DNA of 64,000 bases, from assembly GCA_965218095.1 (NCBI GenBank), contig OZ244587.1, forward strand, positions 1,600,001-1,664,000, in the 5' to 3' direction. The notes beneath the pieces were generated by a model that did no database searches, was not told the DNA's origin, and saw only the letters and a program-made list of their open reading frames with translations. Within the stretch, counting starts at the first letter, position 1. Each line of letters starts with the position of its first letter. Both the position numbers and the translations under genes were made by a program. Source of the DNA: Candidatus Poribacteria bacterium (GTDB lineage: Bacteria; Poribacteria; WGA-4E; PCPOR2b). Shown one piece after another: positions 30,873-40,800 of this stretch.

Positions 30873-30894
30873 ATATTGGCTATCAACTTTATGC

Positions 30895-30923
30895 TTGACT
30901 CCGTGTAGGGGGCGTGGTACAGT
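30895..30923 (+). promoter_or_regulatory. Putative sigma70 promoter for the CMD/SDR genes
   Basis: TTGACT-17 nt-TACAGT with TG extension. Confidence 0.5.
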
Positions 30924-31006
30924 AATTTTGCTTTTTCTTGTATCAGTTTATCGAAACTCACTCAGATAGTTATGCCCCGTTAACGTGGGCAAAAAGGAAT
31001 TGAGAA

Positions 31007-31627
31007 ATGAGTCGAATACCATACATCACGTCCGAAAGCTTTACTGAAGCGCAACAGCGTCTCTTCAAAAGTATCACCGGCGGCAAGCGTAGTGAAGGAC
31101 GGGCTCCCGAAGATCTCCTCAACTCAGAAGGGGGGATGAGCGGTCCCTTCAACGCGTGGCTCAAAAGCCCCGTGTTAGGTGAAGCGGCACAACGGCTCGG
31201 CGAGACGGTCCGTTTTGAAAGCGCTATCCCGCCGCAGCTTCGAGAACTGGCAATCTTAACGGTTGCGGCCAAATGGAAGGCGCAATATGAGTGGTGGGCG
31301 CATGAGAGAATTGCGAGACAGGAGGGCCTGGACGAACGGATAATAGAAAGCCTCAAGGCGGAGGTGCTCCCAGATTTCTCCAATCCAACCGAGGCGGTGG
31401 TCTATAACTTTGCCCGAGAATTGCTTGAGGTACATCGGGTATCGGGGCATCTATACGATGAGGCAGTCGAACTGCTCAGTGAAGCAGGGGTTGTGGAGCT
31501 AGTGGTCCTGCTCGGTTACTACACGTTGGTGTCAATGACGCTGAACGTATTCGAGGTGCCGGTGCCCGCCGGTGAGAAAGCGCCCTTCGTTAGCACTGAA
31601 GCGGGAAAAGATCGCGCGGATGCCTAA
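31007..31627 (+). CDS. Carboxymuconolactone decarboxylase/AhpD-like family protein
   Basis: GPFNAWLKSP, LRELAIL, YEWWAH, VVELVVLLGYY. Confidence 0.88.
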   Translation: MSRIPYITSESFTEAQQRLFKSITGGKRSEGRAPEDLLNSEGGMSGPFNAWLKSPVLGEAAQRLGETVRFESAIPPQLRELAILTVAAKWKAQYEWWAHERIARQEGLDERIIESLKAEVLPDFSNPTEAVVYNFARELLEVHRVSGHLYDEAVELLSEAGVVELVVLLGYYTLVSMTLNVFEVPVPAGEKAPFVSTEAGKDRADA

Positions 31628-31658
31628 CAGGGATGTGAAGGACAAAAGGAGATTGTTT

Positions 31659-32456
31659 ATGTGGCTCAGTGGTAAGGTCGCAATCATCGTTGGAGCCGGT
31701 CAGACGCCGGGGGAAACCATCGGCAACGGCAGGGCAACCGCGATTCGCTTCGCAAAGGAGGGAGCGCGGGTGCTTCTCGTTGACAAACGACCCGATTCGG
31801 CAGAAGATACCGCCCGGATGGTAAAAGAAGCCTCCGGTGAAGCCTCGGTCCTCGGTGCAGATATAACCGTTGAGAAGGATTGTCAGGTCATTGTCAAAAC
31901 CTGCGTTTCTCTCTACGGGCGCGTCGATATCTTGCATAACAACGTTGGGGTCTCAGCAGGTGATGCTGGCGCGGTCGATTTGACCTTGGAAAATTGGCAG
32001 CGGTTGATGGACCTCAACCTCAAAGGCATGTTTCTCACAATCAAGCATGTCCTGCCCGTGATGCGAGCCCAGAGGTCCGGGGTGATTATCAATATCTCCT
32101 CAACCGCGTCTCTCTGCACGCGACCGACCATGATCGCTTACAAAACCGCCAAGGCTGGGGTCAATGCGATGACGCAAAACCTCGCTATTGAAAATGGTGA
32201 ATATGGTGTACGCATCAACGCGATTTTACCCGGATTAATGGATACGCCCATGGCGATTGAACGACGGGCGAAAGAGCGGGGCGTTGACCGGGAAACCGTT
32301 CGTCGGGAGCGGGACGCAGAGGTGCCGCTTGGCCGAAAGATGGGCACCGGCTGGGATGTCGCGGCTGCGGCTGCATTCCTCGCGTCCGATGAGGCGCGGT
32401 ACATTACAGGGGTCCTTTTACCCGTTGATGGCGGCTTGAGTGCACGGGTCGGATGA
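31659..32456 (+). CDS. SDR family oxidoreductase
   Basis: VGAGQTPGETIGNG, LHNNVG, YKTAK, PVDGG. Confidence 0.92.
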   Translation: MWLSGKVAIIVGAGQTPGETIGNGRATAIRFAKEGARVLLVDKRPDSAEDTARMVKEASGEASVLGADITVEKDCQVIVKTCVSLYGRVDILHNNVGVSAGDAGAVDLTLENWQRLMDLNLKGMFLTIKHVLPVMRAQRSGVIINISSTASLCTRPTMIAYKTAKAGVNAMTQNLAIENGEYGVRINAILPGLMDTPMAIERRAKERGVDRETVRRERDAEVPLGRKMGTGWDVAAAAAFLASDEARYITGVLLPVDGGLSARVG

Positions 32457-32569
32457 AGAGGTCATCCCTATCCTGGGTAAATTGGGCAGAACTGCGATGT
32501 GTCGTTAGCTTGACAAGCGATCGATAGACTGGCTACTGGTCGCTTTGATGAGAAGGTAGGCCGATTAGG

Positions 32570-35434
32570 TTATTTAGGCAAAAACCTCATAACTGCATTC
32601 GTGGAGGGTGTGAACTCCCACAGCAGAATCGTGCCGTCCTTACTCCCACTTGCCAACGTGCGGGCATTCGGTGAAAACGCGACAGAATTGACCTCACCCG
32701 TATGTCCTTCAAGGGTTACTTTGTGTTTGCCGGTGGCTGCATCCCATAACCGAATTGTATTGTCCTTACTTCCACTCGCTAGTGTGCTTCCATCCGGGGA
32801 GAACGCGACGGAATTAACCCAATCCGTATGTCCCTCAAGAGTCTGCTTGTGTTTGCCAGTGCTGATCTCCCACAACCAAATCTCCTCCCCTCTCTCACTA
32901 GCAAGCGTTTTGCCATCCGGAGAAAACGCCAGGAAGCGGATATTACCCATATGCCCGAAAAGGGTTCCTTTATGCTGTCCAGTGCCCGCGTCCCACAACC
33001 GAATCGTCTCGTCCTGACTTCCACTCGCTAGTGTTTTGCCATCCGGTGAGTACGCCATGGAGCAGATATCATCGGTATGTCCCTCAAGGGTTGCCTTGTG
33101 TCGGCCGGTGCCCGCGTCCCACAACCGAATCGTGCTGTCCTCACTCCCAATTGCTAGTGTTTTGCCATCCGGTGAGTACGCCATGGAGCGGATATCATCG
33201 GTATGTCCCTCAAGGGTTGCCTTGTGTCGGCCGGCACTCCACAACCCGATAACCCCCCACAACCGAATCGTCTCGTCCCAACTCCCACTGGCAAGTGTGC
33301 TGCCATCCGGAGAAAATGCTACCGACAGGACCCCTCCCGTATGCCCCTCAAGGGTTGCCTTGTGCCATCCGGCACTCCACAACCCGATAACCCTAACCCC
33401 CCACAACCGAATCGTCTCGTCCCAACTCCCACTGGCAAGCGTGTTGCCATCCGGAGAAAATGCTACCGACAAGACACCATCCGTATGTCCCTCAAGGGTT
33501 GCCTTGCGCCGTTGGCTCCCAACCCGCCACCACTCGATGACAACCTCCCACAATCGAGTAGTGCTGTCTTCACTCCCACTAGCAAGCGTTTTGCTATCCG
33601 GAGAGAACGCCAGGGAACTGACATCACCCGTATGTCCCTCAAGGATTGCCTTGGGCCGTTGACGCCATCCGATGCCAGCCCGCCCAACCTTCCACAACCG
33701 AATGGTGCCGTCTTCACTCCCACTAGCAAGCATTTTGCCATCCGGAGAGAACGCCAGGGAACTGGCACTCATATGCCCGAAAAGGGTTCCCTTACGATGT
33801 CCAGTGCCTGCGTCCCACAACTGAATCTCGTCCCGACTGCCACTAGCAAGCATTTTGCCATCCGGAGAGAACACCAGGGAACTGGCACCCATATGCCCGA
33901 AAAGGGTTCCCTTATGATGTCCAGTGCCTGCGTCCCACAACCGAATCTCGTCCCAACTGCCACTAGCAAGCGTTTTGCCATCCGGAGAAAATGCTACCGA
34001 CAAGACATCATCCATATGCCCCTCAAGGGTCGCCTTGTGCTGTCCGGTGTCCGCGTCCCACAACCAAATTGTGCCGTTTTGGCTCCCACTCACTAGCGTT
34101 TTACCATCCGGTGAGTACGCGACAGAACTGACACGCCCTATACACACTCTAAGTGTTCCCTTATGTTGGCCGGTGCCCGCGTCCCATAACTGAATCTGTT
34201 CACTATCCCTACTGGCAAGCATTTTGCCATCCGGAGAAAACACTGCACTCGTATACCCTTCAAGGATTGCCTTGTGTCCTCCGGTTCTCGCGTCCCATAA
34301 CCGAATCTTGTCCCAACTGCCACTAGCAAGCGTTTTGCCATCCGGAGAAAATGCTACCGACAAGACATCATCCATATGCCCCTCAAGGGTTAGCTTGTGC
34401 TGTCCATTGTCCGCATCCCACAATAGAATCTCTCTACTATCCCCACTGGCAAGCGTGTTGCCATCCGGAGAAAACACCAGGGAATTGACCTTCTCCGTAT
34501 GTCCCTCAAGGGTTACCTTGTGTTTGCCGGTGTCCGCGTCCCACAACCGAATCGTGCCGTCCTCACTCCCACTGGCAAGCATGTTGCCGGCCGGGGAAAA
34601 CGCTAGAGAATTAATCTCCCTCGTATGCCCCTCAAGGGTTGCCTTGTGTTTGCCGGCGTCCGCGTCCCACAACTGAAGCTCGTACCAACTCTTACTAGCA
34701 AGCGTTTTACCATCCGGGGAAAACGCCAAGGAATTGACCTCCTCCGTATGTCCCTCAAGGGTTGCCTTGTGTTTGCCGGTGTCCGTGTCCCACAATAGAA
34801 TCTCTCTACTATCCCCACTGGCAAGCGTGTTGCCGGCCGGGGAAAACGCTAGAGAATTGACATCCTCCGTATGTCCCTCAAGGGTTGCCTTGTGTTTGCC
34901 GGTGTCCGTGTCCCACAATAGAATCTCTCTACTATCCCCACTGGCAAGCGTGTTGCCGGCCGGGGAAAACGCTAGAGAATTGATCTTCCTCGTATGTCCC
35001 TCAAGGGTTGCCTTGTGTTTGCCGGTGTCTGCGTCCCACAACCAAATTTCTTTACTATTCCCAGTGGCAAGCGTTTTACCATCCGGAGAAAACGCTATCG
35101 ATAGGACATCATCCATATGTCCTTCAAGAGTTGCCTTGTGTCTGCCGGTGCTTGCATCCCACAACCGAATCGTGCCGCCCGTACTCCTACTGGCAAGCGT
35201 GTTGCCATCCGGAGAAAACGCGACGAAACTGACATTACCCCTATGTCCTCCAAGAGTCCACTTGTATCGGCCGGTGTGCACATCATAGAGCCAAATGCCA
35301 ATATTACTTGCCACCGCAAGCTGAGCGCCATCTGGCGAATACGCGATATTACCAGATATCTCATTTTCACCGAGGCGTGCTTTGGCACCTTCGGGCAAAC
35401 CCCATGATGAGTATTCGTATGTGTTCTCTACCAT
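32570..35434 (-). CDS. WD40-repeat protein (22 repeats)
   Basis: Repeated LEGH..V.S.AFSPDG.TLASGS.D..IRLWD; N-terminal WGLPEGAKARLG; several adjacent repeats nearly identical at DNA level. Confidence 0.95.
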   Translation of the reverse strand: MVENTYEYSSWGLPEGAKARLGENEISGNIAYSPDGAQLAVASNIGIWLYDVHTGRYKWTLGGHRGNVSFVAFSPDGNTLASRSTGGTIRLWDASTGRHKATLEGHMDDVLSIAFSPDGKTLATGNSKEIWLWDADTGKHKATLEGHTRKINSLAFSPAGNTLASGDSREILLWDTDTGKHKATLEGHTEDVNSLAFSPAGNTLASGDSREILLWDTDTGKHKATLEGHTEEVNSLAFSPDGKTLASKSWYELQLWDADAGKHKATLEGHTREINSLAFSPAGNMLASGSEDGTIRLWDADTGKHKVTLEGHTEKVNSLVFSPDGNTLASGDSREILLWDADNGQHKLTLEGHMDDVLSVAFSPDGKTLASGSWDKIRLWDARTGGHKAILEGYTSAVFSPDGKMLASRDSEQIQLWDAGTGQHKGTLRVCIGRVSSVAYSPDGKTLVSGSQNGTIWLWDADTGQHKATLEGHMDDVLSVAFSPDGKTLASGSWDEIRLWDAGTGHHKGTLFGHMGASSLVFSPDGKMLASGSRDEIQLWDAGTGHRKGTLFGHMSASSLAFSPDGKMLASGSEDGTIRLWKVGRAGIGWRQRPKAILEGHTGDVSSLAFSPDSKTLASGSEDSTTRLWEVVIEWWRVGSQRRKATLEGHTDGVLSVAFSPDGNTLASGSWDETIRLWGVRVIGLWSAGWHKATLEGHTGGVLSVAFSPDGSTLASGSWDETIRLWGVIGLWSAGRHKATLEGHTDDIRSMAYSPDGKTLAIGSEDSTIRLWDAGTGRHKATLEGHTDDICSMAYSPDGKTLASGSQDETIRLWDAGTGQHKGTLFGHMGNIRFLAFSPDGKTLASERGEEIWLWEISTGKHKQTLEGHTDWVNSVAFSPDGSTLASGSKDNTIRLWDAATGKHKVTLEGHTGEVNSVAFSPNARTLASGSKDGTILLWEFTPSTNAVMRFLPK

Positions 35435-35700
35435 ATCAATCCATTTGCCTCAACTTTGATTTATCGGATAAAATGTCATAAAAATCAAGGTTCTGACATG
35501 CACTTTCACAATCAACAAGATATCATTTTCGTTCATGCTTTGTTAATTGCATATTATACTCTCGTACAATTTGAACTTCAACCCTTTTTGTTGGAGTGAC
35601 TTGTCTCTCCATAATTTGGGTGGGAGGGGGCTGTTTAGATGCACAGTTCTGATGTAACCCGCACCAAGCCCCCCGCTCCTACGTTTCCGCGCAATCTGTT

Positions 35701-35740
35701 ATCCTGAGAATCCTTTAATCCAGTGAATCCTGATTCAGAC
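35701..35740 (+). repeat. AATCC-periodic intergenic repeat
   Basis: ATCCTGAG AATCCTTT AATCCAGTG AATCCTGATTCAGAC. Confidence 0.5.
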
Positions 35741-35777
35741 AATTTCCCAATCTTTTCAACTTCCCCTAAATTTTCAC

Positions 35778-35806
35778 TTGACCTACTTTTCCTCCAGTGC
35801 TATGAT
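35778..35806 (+). promoter_or_regulatory. Putative sigma70 promoter
   Basis: TTGACC-17 nt-TATGAT with TG extension. Confidence 0.6.
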
Positions 35807-35939
35807 AGAAACACAATATCCGATATTTTCAAGTGTGAAGGACAGTGCGAGCACAGTTCGTCATGCTGCCGGTGTCTGATTTAGACCAACCCCAAGACGG
35901 GGTATCCAATCCATATAATAGAATTAGGAGATATGACAG

Positions 35940-36692
35940 ATGAGTACAAAGGTTGCTATCGTTACAGGAGCGGGTTCTAACATTGGCCAGCGAACGGCGC
36001 TCGCGCTGCTACGCGAAGGGTATTCCGTTGCGCTGGCTGGACGTCGGGCGGAAGCTTTAGAGGAAACGGCTAAGGAAGCGAGGGAAGCCCGCTCACGAAC
36101 ATTAGTTGTGCCCACAGATGTGACAGATCCCGCTTCCATTCGAGCCTTGTTCGCCAAGACGAAGGAGACCTTTGGCAGGCTCGACGTGCTGTTTAATAAT
36201 GCAGGAATCGGTGCACCGGGCATCCCCCTGGAAGACTTGACCTACGAGCAGTGGAAAGCAGTCGTGGACACCAACCTGACCGGCTCATTTCTGTGCACGC
36301 AAGAAGCGTTCAAGATTATGAAGAGCCAAGACCCCAGAGGGGGACGCATCATCAATAACGGCTCCGTATCAGCACATGCACCGCGCGTCAACTCCGCCCC
36401 CTACGCCTCCACCAAACACGCGCTGACCGGGCTAACGAAGGCGACATCTCTTGATGGACGCAAATACGATATCGCGTGTGGACAAATTGACATCGGCAAT
36501 GCGTCGATCGACGCCGCCCAGAAAACGGATGGCGGCAGCCTCCAGCCGGATGGATCTCTCATGGTTGAGGCACGAATGGACACAGATGATATTGCGCGCT
36601 CTGTCGTGTTCATGGCGAGTCTCCCACTGGAGGCAAATGTGCAGTTCATAACCGTCATGGCAACGAAGATGCCCTACATTGGGCGCGGGTGA
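35940..36692 (+). CDS. SDR family oxidoreductase
   Basis: [26 protein letters not shown]. Confidence 0.93.
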   Translation: MSTKVAIVTGAGSNIGQRTALALLREGYSVALAGRRAEALEETAKEAREARSRTLVVPTDVTDPASIRALFAKTKETFGRLDVLFNNAGIGAPGIPLEDLTYEQWKAVVDTNLTGSFLCTQEAFKIMKSQDPRGGRIINNGSVSAHAPRVNSAPYASTKHALTGLTKATSLDGRKYDIACGQIDIGNASIDAAQKTDGGSLQPDGSLMVEARMDTDDIARSVVFMASLPLEANVQFITVMATKMPYIGRG

Positions 36693-36707
36693 TTTGAAGT
36701 TATTTCG

Positions 36708-36765
36708 AGTAGGTCGATTTCCCAAAATTGACATGCTAATGTCGAGATATGAATCTCGACCTACT
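36708..36765. repeat. REP-like doublet (GTAG...CTAC)
   Basis: AGTAGGTCGA...TCGACCTACT; second copy at about 30815-30872. Confidence 0.75.
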
Positions 36766-36846
36766 AACTGAAATAGGCAGCAACTGGTCGTCCGTATCGG
36801 AGGCGAGGGGCTGTACGGCTACGCCCAACGATGGAGGGGGTTCACG

Positions 36847-37230
36847 ATGGATGACAAACAACAAATCCAGCAGTGGCTGGACAAGCTACGCGCCGGAACG
36901 CTGGTGGAGGAAGATTTCCAGCAGGCGTTGAACCATCTCAGTAGCCGAAGTTGCCAGAGTTCGGACAGCGACGAGGTGAAGCGACAGCGATTGCTGTATT
37001 TGCACACGCGCACCACGGGCGTAGACTCCGAGGTCCTCGGCATGGCGCTAGTAGAAAACGGTCAGGTCCTCGAAGGTCCAAAGGATCCGGACGAATGGCC
37101 GTACGATTCCGTACTCGAAGCGATGAACGATGGCTGGCGGGTGATCAAGTTCCCGGAAATGGCACTGCTGCTCCAAGAAGACAAGACGTTTGGCCTCGGC
37201 TGCGAATTTATCCTCGAAAAATTAACCTGA
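36847..37230 (+). CDS. Small hypothetical protein with DUF4177-like C-terminal motif
   Basis: GGAGG RBS; PYDSVLEAMNDGWRVI..EFILEK. Confidence 0.7.
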   Translation: MDDKQQIQQWLDKLRAGTLVEEDFQQALNHLSSRSCQSSDSDEVKRQRLLYLHTRTTGVDSEVLGMALVENGQVLEGPKDPDEWPYDSVLEAMNDGWRVIKFPEMALLLQEDKTFGLGCEFILEKLT

Positions 37231-37267
37231 AACCGCGACCGTGGGTCGCGCATAAGGAATTGCACTT

Positions 37268-38170
37268 ATGAACACAATGACGTTGTCGCCGGTTGAGCCA
37301 GTCGGAATCCCACGCAGCGAGACAACGATAGGACAGACCTACGATTGTGAACCGACGCTGACCGACCAGCAGGTGTTCGAATTTTGCCGCAACGGTTACA
37401 TGCTGCTCGAAGGCGTGGTCGAAAACGAGGTCAATCAGCGCATGATGGAGTTCGTTGGAGAGCACCCGGAACACCAACCACTCGAACTGCTGACCGAAGA
37501 CTGGTTTGTCGATGGCGTATTCAAAAACCCGCAGGCGGCGGGCGCCGTCAGATCGTTGCTCGGCAAAAACTTCAAGCTGCCCCAGACGCTGTGTAATCAC
37601 CGTGCCCAATGTCCGGCACCGCCCCAAGGGTGGCATCGCGATGGCGGATCAATTTACACCCCACGCTTGGACTACCTGCAAGTGTTCTATTATCCACAGG
37701 ACACGCCGAAGGAGACGGGCCCGACCGAGGTGATTCCCGGTTCGCACTTTATTCGTACCAAAGCCAACTACATGGGGCACCTACGCAGTGTGAAGCTCGC
37801 CGAATCGACCACCGCACCGGCGGGCTCTATCTTCATCACTGTTTATTCAATATGGCACCGCAAAGGCAGGAGCACCGTTCAGGGCTTCCGTAACCTGTTC
37901 AAATACAACTACTGGCGGACGGCCGAACCGTGCCGTGATTGGATAGTCGACCCCGATTTCGACTTTTCCTGGCCCAGCTTTCACGGCGAACCCCACTTCG
38001 AACAGTTCAAGTGTGGCATCGCCGCGGCTGAAATGTTCTGCTGGCTGTGCAGCGAAGACTACCAACACACCGGCGGTTCGGGCTGGCCATGTGAAGCCCC
38101 GGTCAAACCGCCGTGCGACCAAGAGGGGTTGCCGAGAGGACTCCGCCGATATTCGGAGGCACAGCTATGA
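37268..38170 (+). CDS. PhyH family dioxygenase
   Basis: FCRNGY, WHRDG, YYPQD, VIPGSH, IWHR. Confidence 0.9.
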   Translation: MNTMTLSPVEPVGIPRSETTIGQTYDCEPTLTDQQVFEFCRNGYMLLEGVVENEVNQRMMEFVGEHPEHQPLELLTEDWFVDGVFKNPQAAGAVRSLLGKNFKLPQTLCNHRAQCPAPPQGWHRDGGSIYTPRLDYLQVFYYPQDTPKETGPTEVIPGSHFIRTKANYMGHLRSVKLAESTTAPAGSIFITVYSIWHRKGRSTVQGFRNLFKYNYWRTAEPCRDWIVDPDFDFSWPSFHGEPHFEQFKCGIAAAEMFCWLCSEDYQHTGGSGWPCEAPVKPPCDQEGLPRGLRRYSEAQL

Positions 38171-39051
38171 AAATCGGGTTTATCGGTATTGGACGCATGG
38201 GACGCTTTATGGCACGAAATCTGGTAAAAGGCGGCCACGATTTGACCGTGTTTGACGCACACAAGGCAGCGGCTGAAGAATTGTTGGCACAGGGAGCGTC
38301 ATGGGCGGATAGCCCGGCTGCCGTGGCAGAAGCGAGTCAGGTCGTCTTTACCGCGTTGCCTCGACCCCAAGATGTGGAGGTGGTCGCCAGAGGCGATTGC
38401 GGTATCTTCAGCGGCGCGGCGCCTGACTCGGCTTTCTTCGACCTGAGCACCACTGATCCGGATACCATCCACCGGATAGCCGCCACCGCAGCGCCCAAAG
38501 GCATCCATGTGATGGACGCGCCGGTTAGCGGTGGCGTAATCGGCGCCGAGCAGGCGACGTTGTGTGTCATGGTTGGGGGCAACCGGTCCGTCTATGAGCA
38601 TTACAAGCCTGTCCTTGAACTGATTGGGGAGAAGGTCATTTACTGTGGAGAATTGGGTGCCGGGGCGGTATGCAAGATCGCCAATAACCTGATCAACCTC
38701 GGCAATTACATCTTAGTATCCGAAGCGTTGACGCTAGGTATCAAAGCCGGCGTCGAGACGGAGACCCTGTTTGAAGCAATCTCTCACAGCTCCGGTAATA
38801 CCGAGTGTATGCAGGAATTCCCTACAGGGCTGTTTCAAGGCAAATTTGAGCCGGGATTTCAGTTAGACCTGGGTGCGAAAGACATCGGCTTGGCGACAGA
38901 GATGGGGCGCCAATTGCGCCTACCAATGGAGTTAGCCAACATCATCGAACAGCGTTTCATCGAAGCGAGAAACCGAGGTTGGGGACAACTTTCGGCGGTA
39001 TCGGTGGCGCGTCTTCAGGAAGAGCGGGCAGACGTAGAGATTCGCGTGTGA
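38167..39051 (+). CDS. NAD(P)-dependent beta-hydroxyacid dehydrogenase (3-hydroxyisobutyrate dehydrogenase/GarR family)
   Basis: IGFIGIGRMG, DAPVSGG, KIANN, KDIGLA; ATGA overlap with the upstream gene. Confidence 0.92.
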   Translation: MKIGFIGIGRMGRFMARNLVKGGHDLTVFDAHKAAAEELLAQGASWADSPAAVAEASQVVFTALPRPQDVEVVARGDCGIFSGAAPDSAFFDLSTTDPDTIHRIAATAAPKGIHVMDAPVSGGVIGAEQATLCVMVGGNRSVYEHYKPVLELIGEKVIYCGELGAGAVCKIANNLINLGNYILVSEALTLGIKAGVETETLFEAISHSSGNTECMQEFPTGLFQGKFEPGFQLDLGAKDIGLATEMGRQLRLPMELANIIEQRFIEARNRGWGQLSAVSVARLQEERADVEIRV

Positions 39052-39291
39052 CCGTGGGGATGGTGTGCTATCACACAATGCATGAGAAATCCATCTGTTG
39101 GCGATTGAAACCACTCGGTATGTGGCGTAAAACGTAAGCCGGGCGATTTTTTTACGTTTCACAGCCTGACCTCAATGCGTCAGGGTTTCACACATGGATG
39201 GAGTTACAGTAAGAATTCTCAAGGATATTAGCTATAGGACACCATCCCGACTTGATATTGCGAAAAAGACTTGAGTTATACGAGGTGAATT

Positions 39292-40359
39292 ATGAAGATT
39301 GGTACATTTATGATGCCGCTGCATCCGCCGGAAAAGGATCGGACGCAGACTTTCGAAGAGGACGCGGAGTGCGTCATTTGGGCAGATGAACTGGGCTTCA
39401 GTGAAGCTTGGATTGGCCAGCACCATACCGCGGGGTGGGAGCCGATTCCCTCCAACGACGTCTTCATCGCCAACATGTTGCCGCAGACAAAAAATATTCG
39501 CTTGGGCACCGGCGTGACTATCATCACTCAGCACCACCCTGCCAACGTTGCCGTCAGACTCGCCTATCTCGACCACCTAGCGAAAGGCAGGCTCAACGTC
39601 GGTTTTGGGCAGGGCGGCGTTCCGACCGATTGGGCGTTGTTTGACCTACCCGACCCGCGGACGCAGGGGTTGATGACCCTTGAGGCGATGGACATCGTCC
39701 TCAAACTCTGGCAGGAAGATGGACCCTTCGAGTTCAAGGGCGATTACTGGAACGTTAAGCTCGACGAGAAGGTGCCCGAACTCGGGTTGGGACAGGTGCT
39801 GAAACCGTACCAGAAACCGCACCCGCCAATCGCGATGAGTATCGTCAGGGAAGAGTCGATGGCTGCCACGACGGGTGGGCAGCGGGGGTTCATTCCAATC
39901 AGCATCAACATGGCACCGCCTCACAAGGTGAAGCGGCAGTGGGAGCTCTACTGCGAAGGCGCCGCCGAAGCCGGACGCGAACCTGACCGTTCCGAATGGC
40001 GTATCTCCCGCAGCATCTTCGTCGGGGAATCGGATGCGGAAGCCAGAGCGCACGCCTTGAACGGCCCCTTCGCCGGATCGCTCGTGTACCTGCGCGGTAT
40101 GCTCACGCTTGCCGGTATGCAAGACCTGCTGAAACAGGATTCGGAGATGCCCGACGAAGCGGTTGACGCCGAGTACATCATTGACAACATCGCCATCGTC
40201 GGAGGCGTCGACACGGTAACGCGGAAGCTTCAGGAGCTCTACGATGTTACCGGCGGTTTCGGCACGGTGTTGATGATTGGCCACGACTGGGACAACAAGG
40301 CGAAGATGCGCCGGTCAATGGAACTGATGGCAAAGGAGGTCATTCCTCAGTTGCCGTGA
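39292..40359 (+). CDS. Luciferase-like (LLM) flavin-dependent monooxygenase
   Basis: FMMPLHP, ADELGFSEAWIGQHH, IRLGTGV, LDHLAKGR, PYQKPHPP. Confidence 0.92.
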   Translation: MKIGTFMMPLHPPEKDRTQTFEEDAECVIWADELGFSEAWIGQHHTAGWEPIPSNDVFIANMLPQTKNIRLGTGVTIITQHHPANVAVRLAYLDHLAKGRLNVGFGQGGVPTDWALFDLPDPRTQGLMTLEAMDIVLKLWQEDGPFEFKGDYWNVKLDEKVPELGLGQVLKPYQKPHPPIAMSIVREESMAATTGGQRGFIPISINMAPPHKVKRQWELYCEGAAEAGREPDRSEWRISRSIFVGESDAEARAHALNGPFAGSLVYLRGMLTLAGMQDLLKQDSEMPDEAVDAEYIIDNIAIVGGVDTVTRKLQELYDVTGGFGTVLMIGHDWDNKAKMRRSMELMAKEVIPQLP

Positions 40360-40362
40360 GGG

Positions 40363-40791
40363 GTGTTTGAACCGTCGTCCACGTTCAAGCAAGTAAACAA
40401 AGGAAGCGAGAACCGACTGGCGCTGTTGGCAATGCCAACCGAAGAGGATACCTTGTCGAGTCCGTCCCAGCTTGTGCCCTTCGTGCGGGCGACTGAGGGC
40501 ACGGAGTGCGTGCTGGCACCAAATGTCATGCCCCGCCACATGAGCCCCGAAGACTTCCGGCGAAACGCTGACATGCTCTATGGCGCAGGCGCGGAGCATC
40601 TCTTTTTCTGGGACTGCGCGGGCCCAGGCGGTCGAGCAAACTACCAGCCGATGTGGAACGCGCTCTGATAGCTCGGCTATCGCGAAGAAATTGCGGCGTG
40701 GGTACAGGCGGACGAGCCAGACTTTGGCGATTGGACGAAACCGCTGCTGAGGCTCGGCAATTGGGACATGACCGTCATTGCGCCAGGGTAA
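40363..40791 (+). pseudogene. C-terminal remnant of a TIM-barrel (GHL10-like) gene with TGA-TAG at 40666-40671
   Basis: LAPNVMPR..LYGAGAEHLFFWD..AL**LGYREEI; no plausible 5' part. Confidence 0.55.
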
Positions 40792-40800
40792 CGTTGTAGC

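Noticed and set aside
32601-35288. Repetitive plus-strand ORFs, and a possible CRISPR-like periodicity
   Set aside because: Antisense reflection of WD40 repeats (about 120-126 bp coding period); no constant repeat with unique spacers and no cas genes
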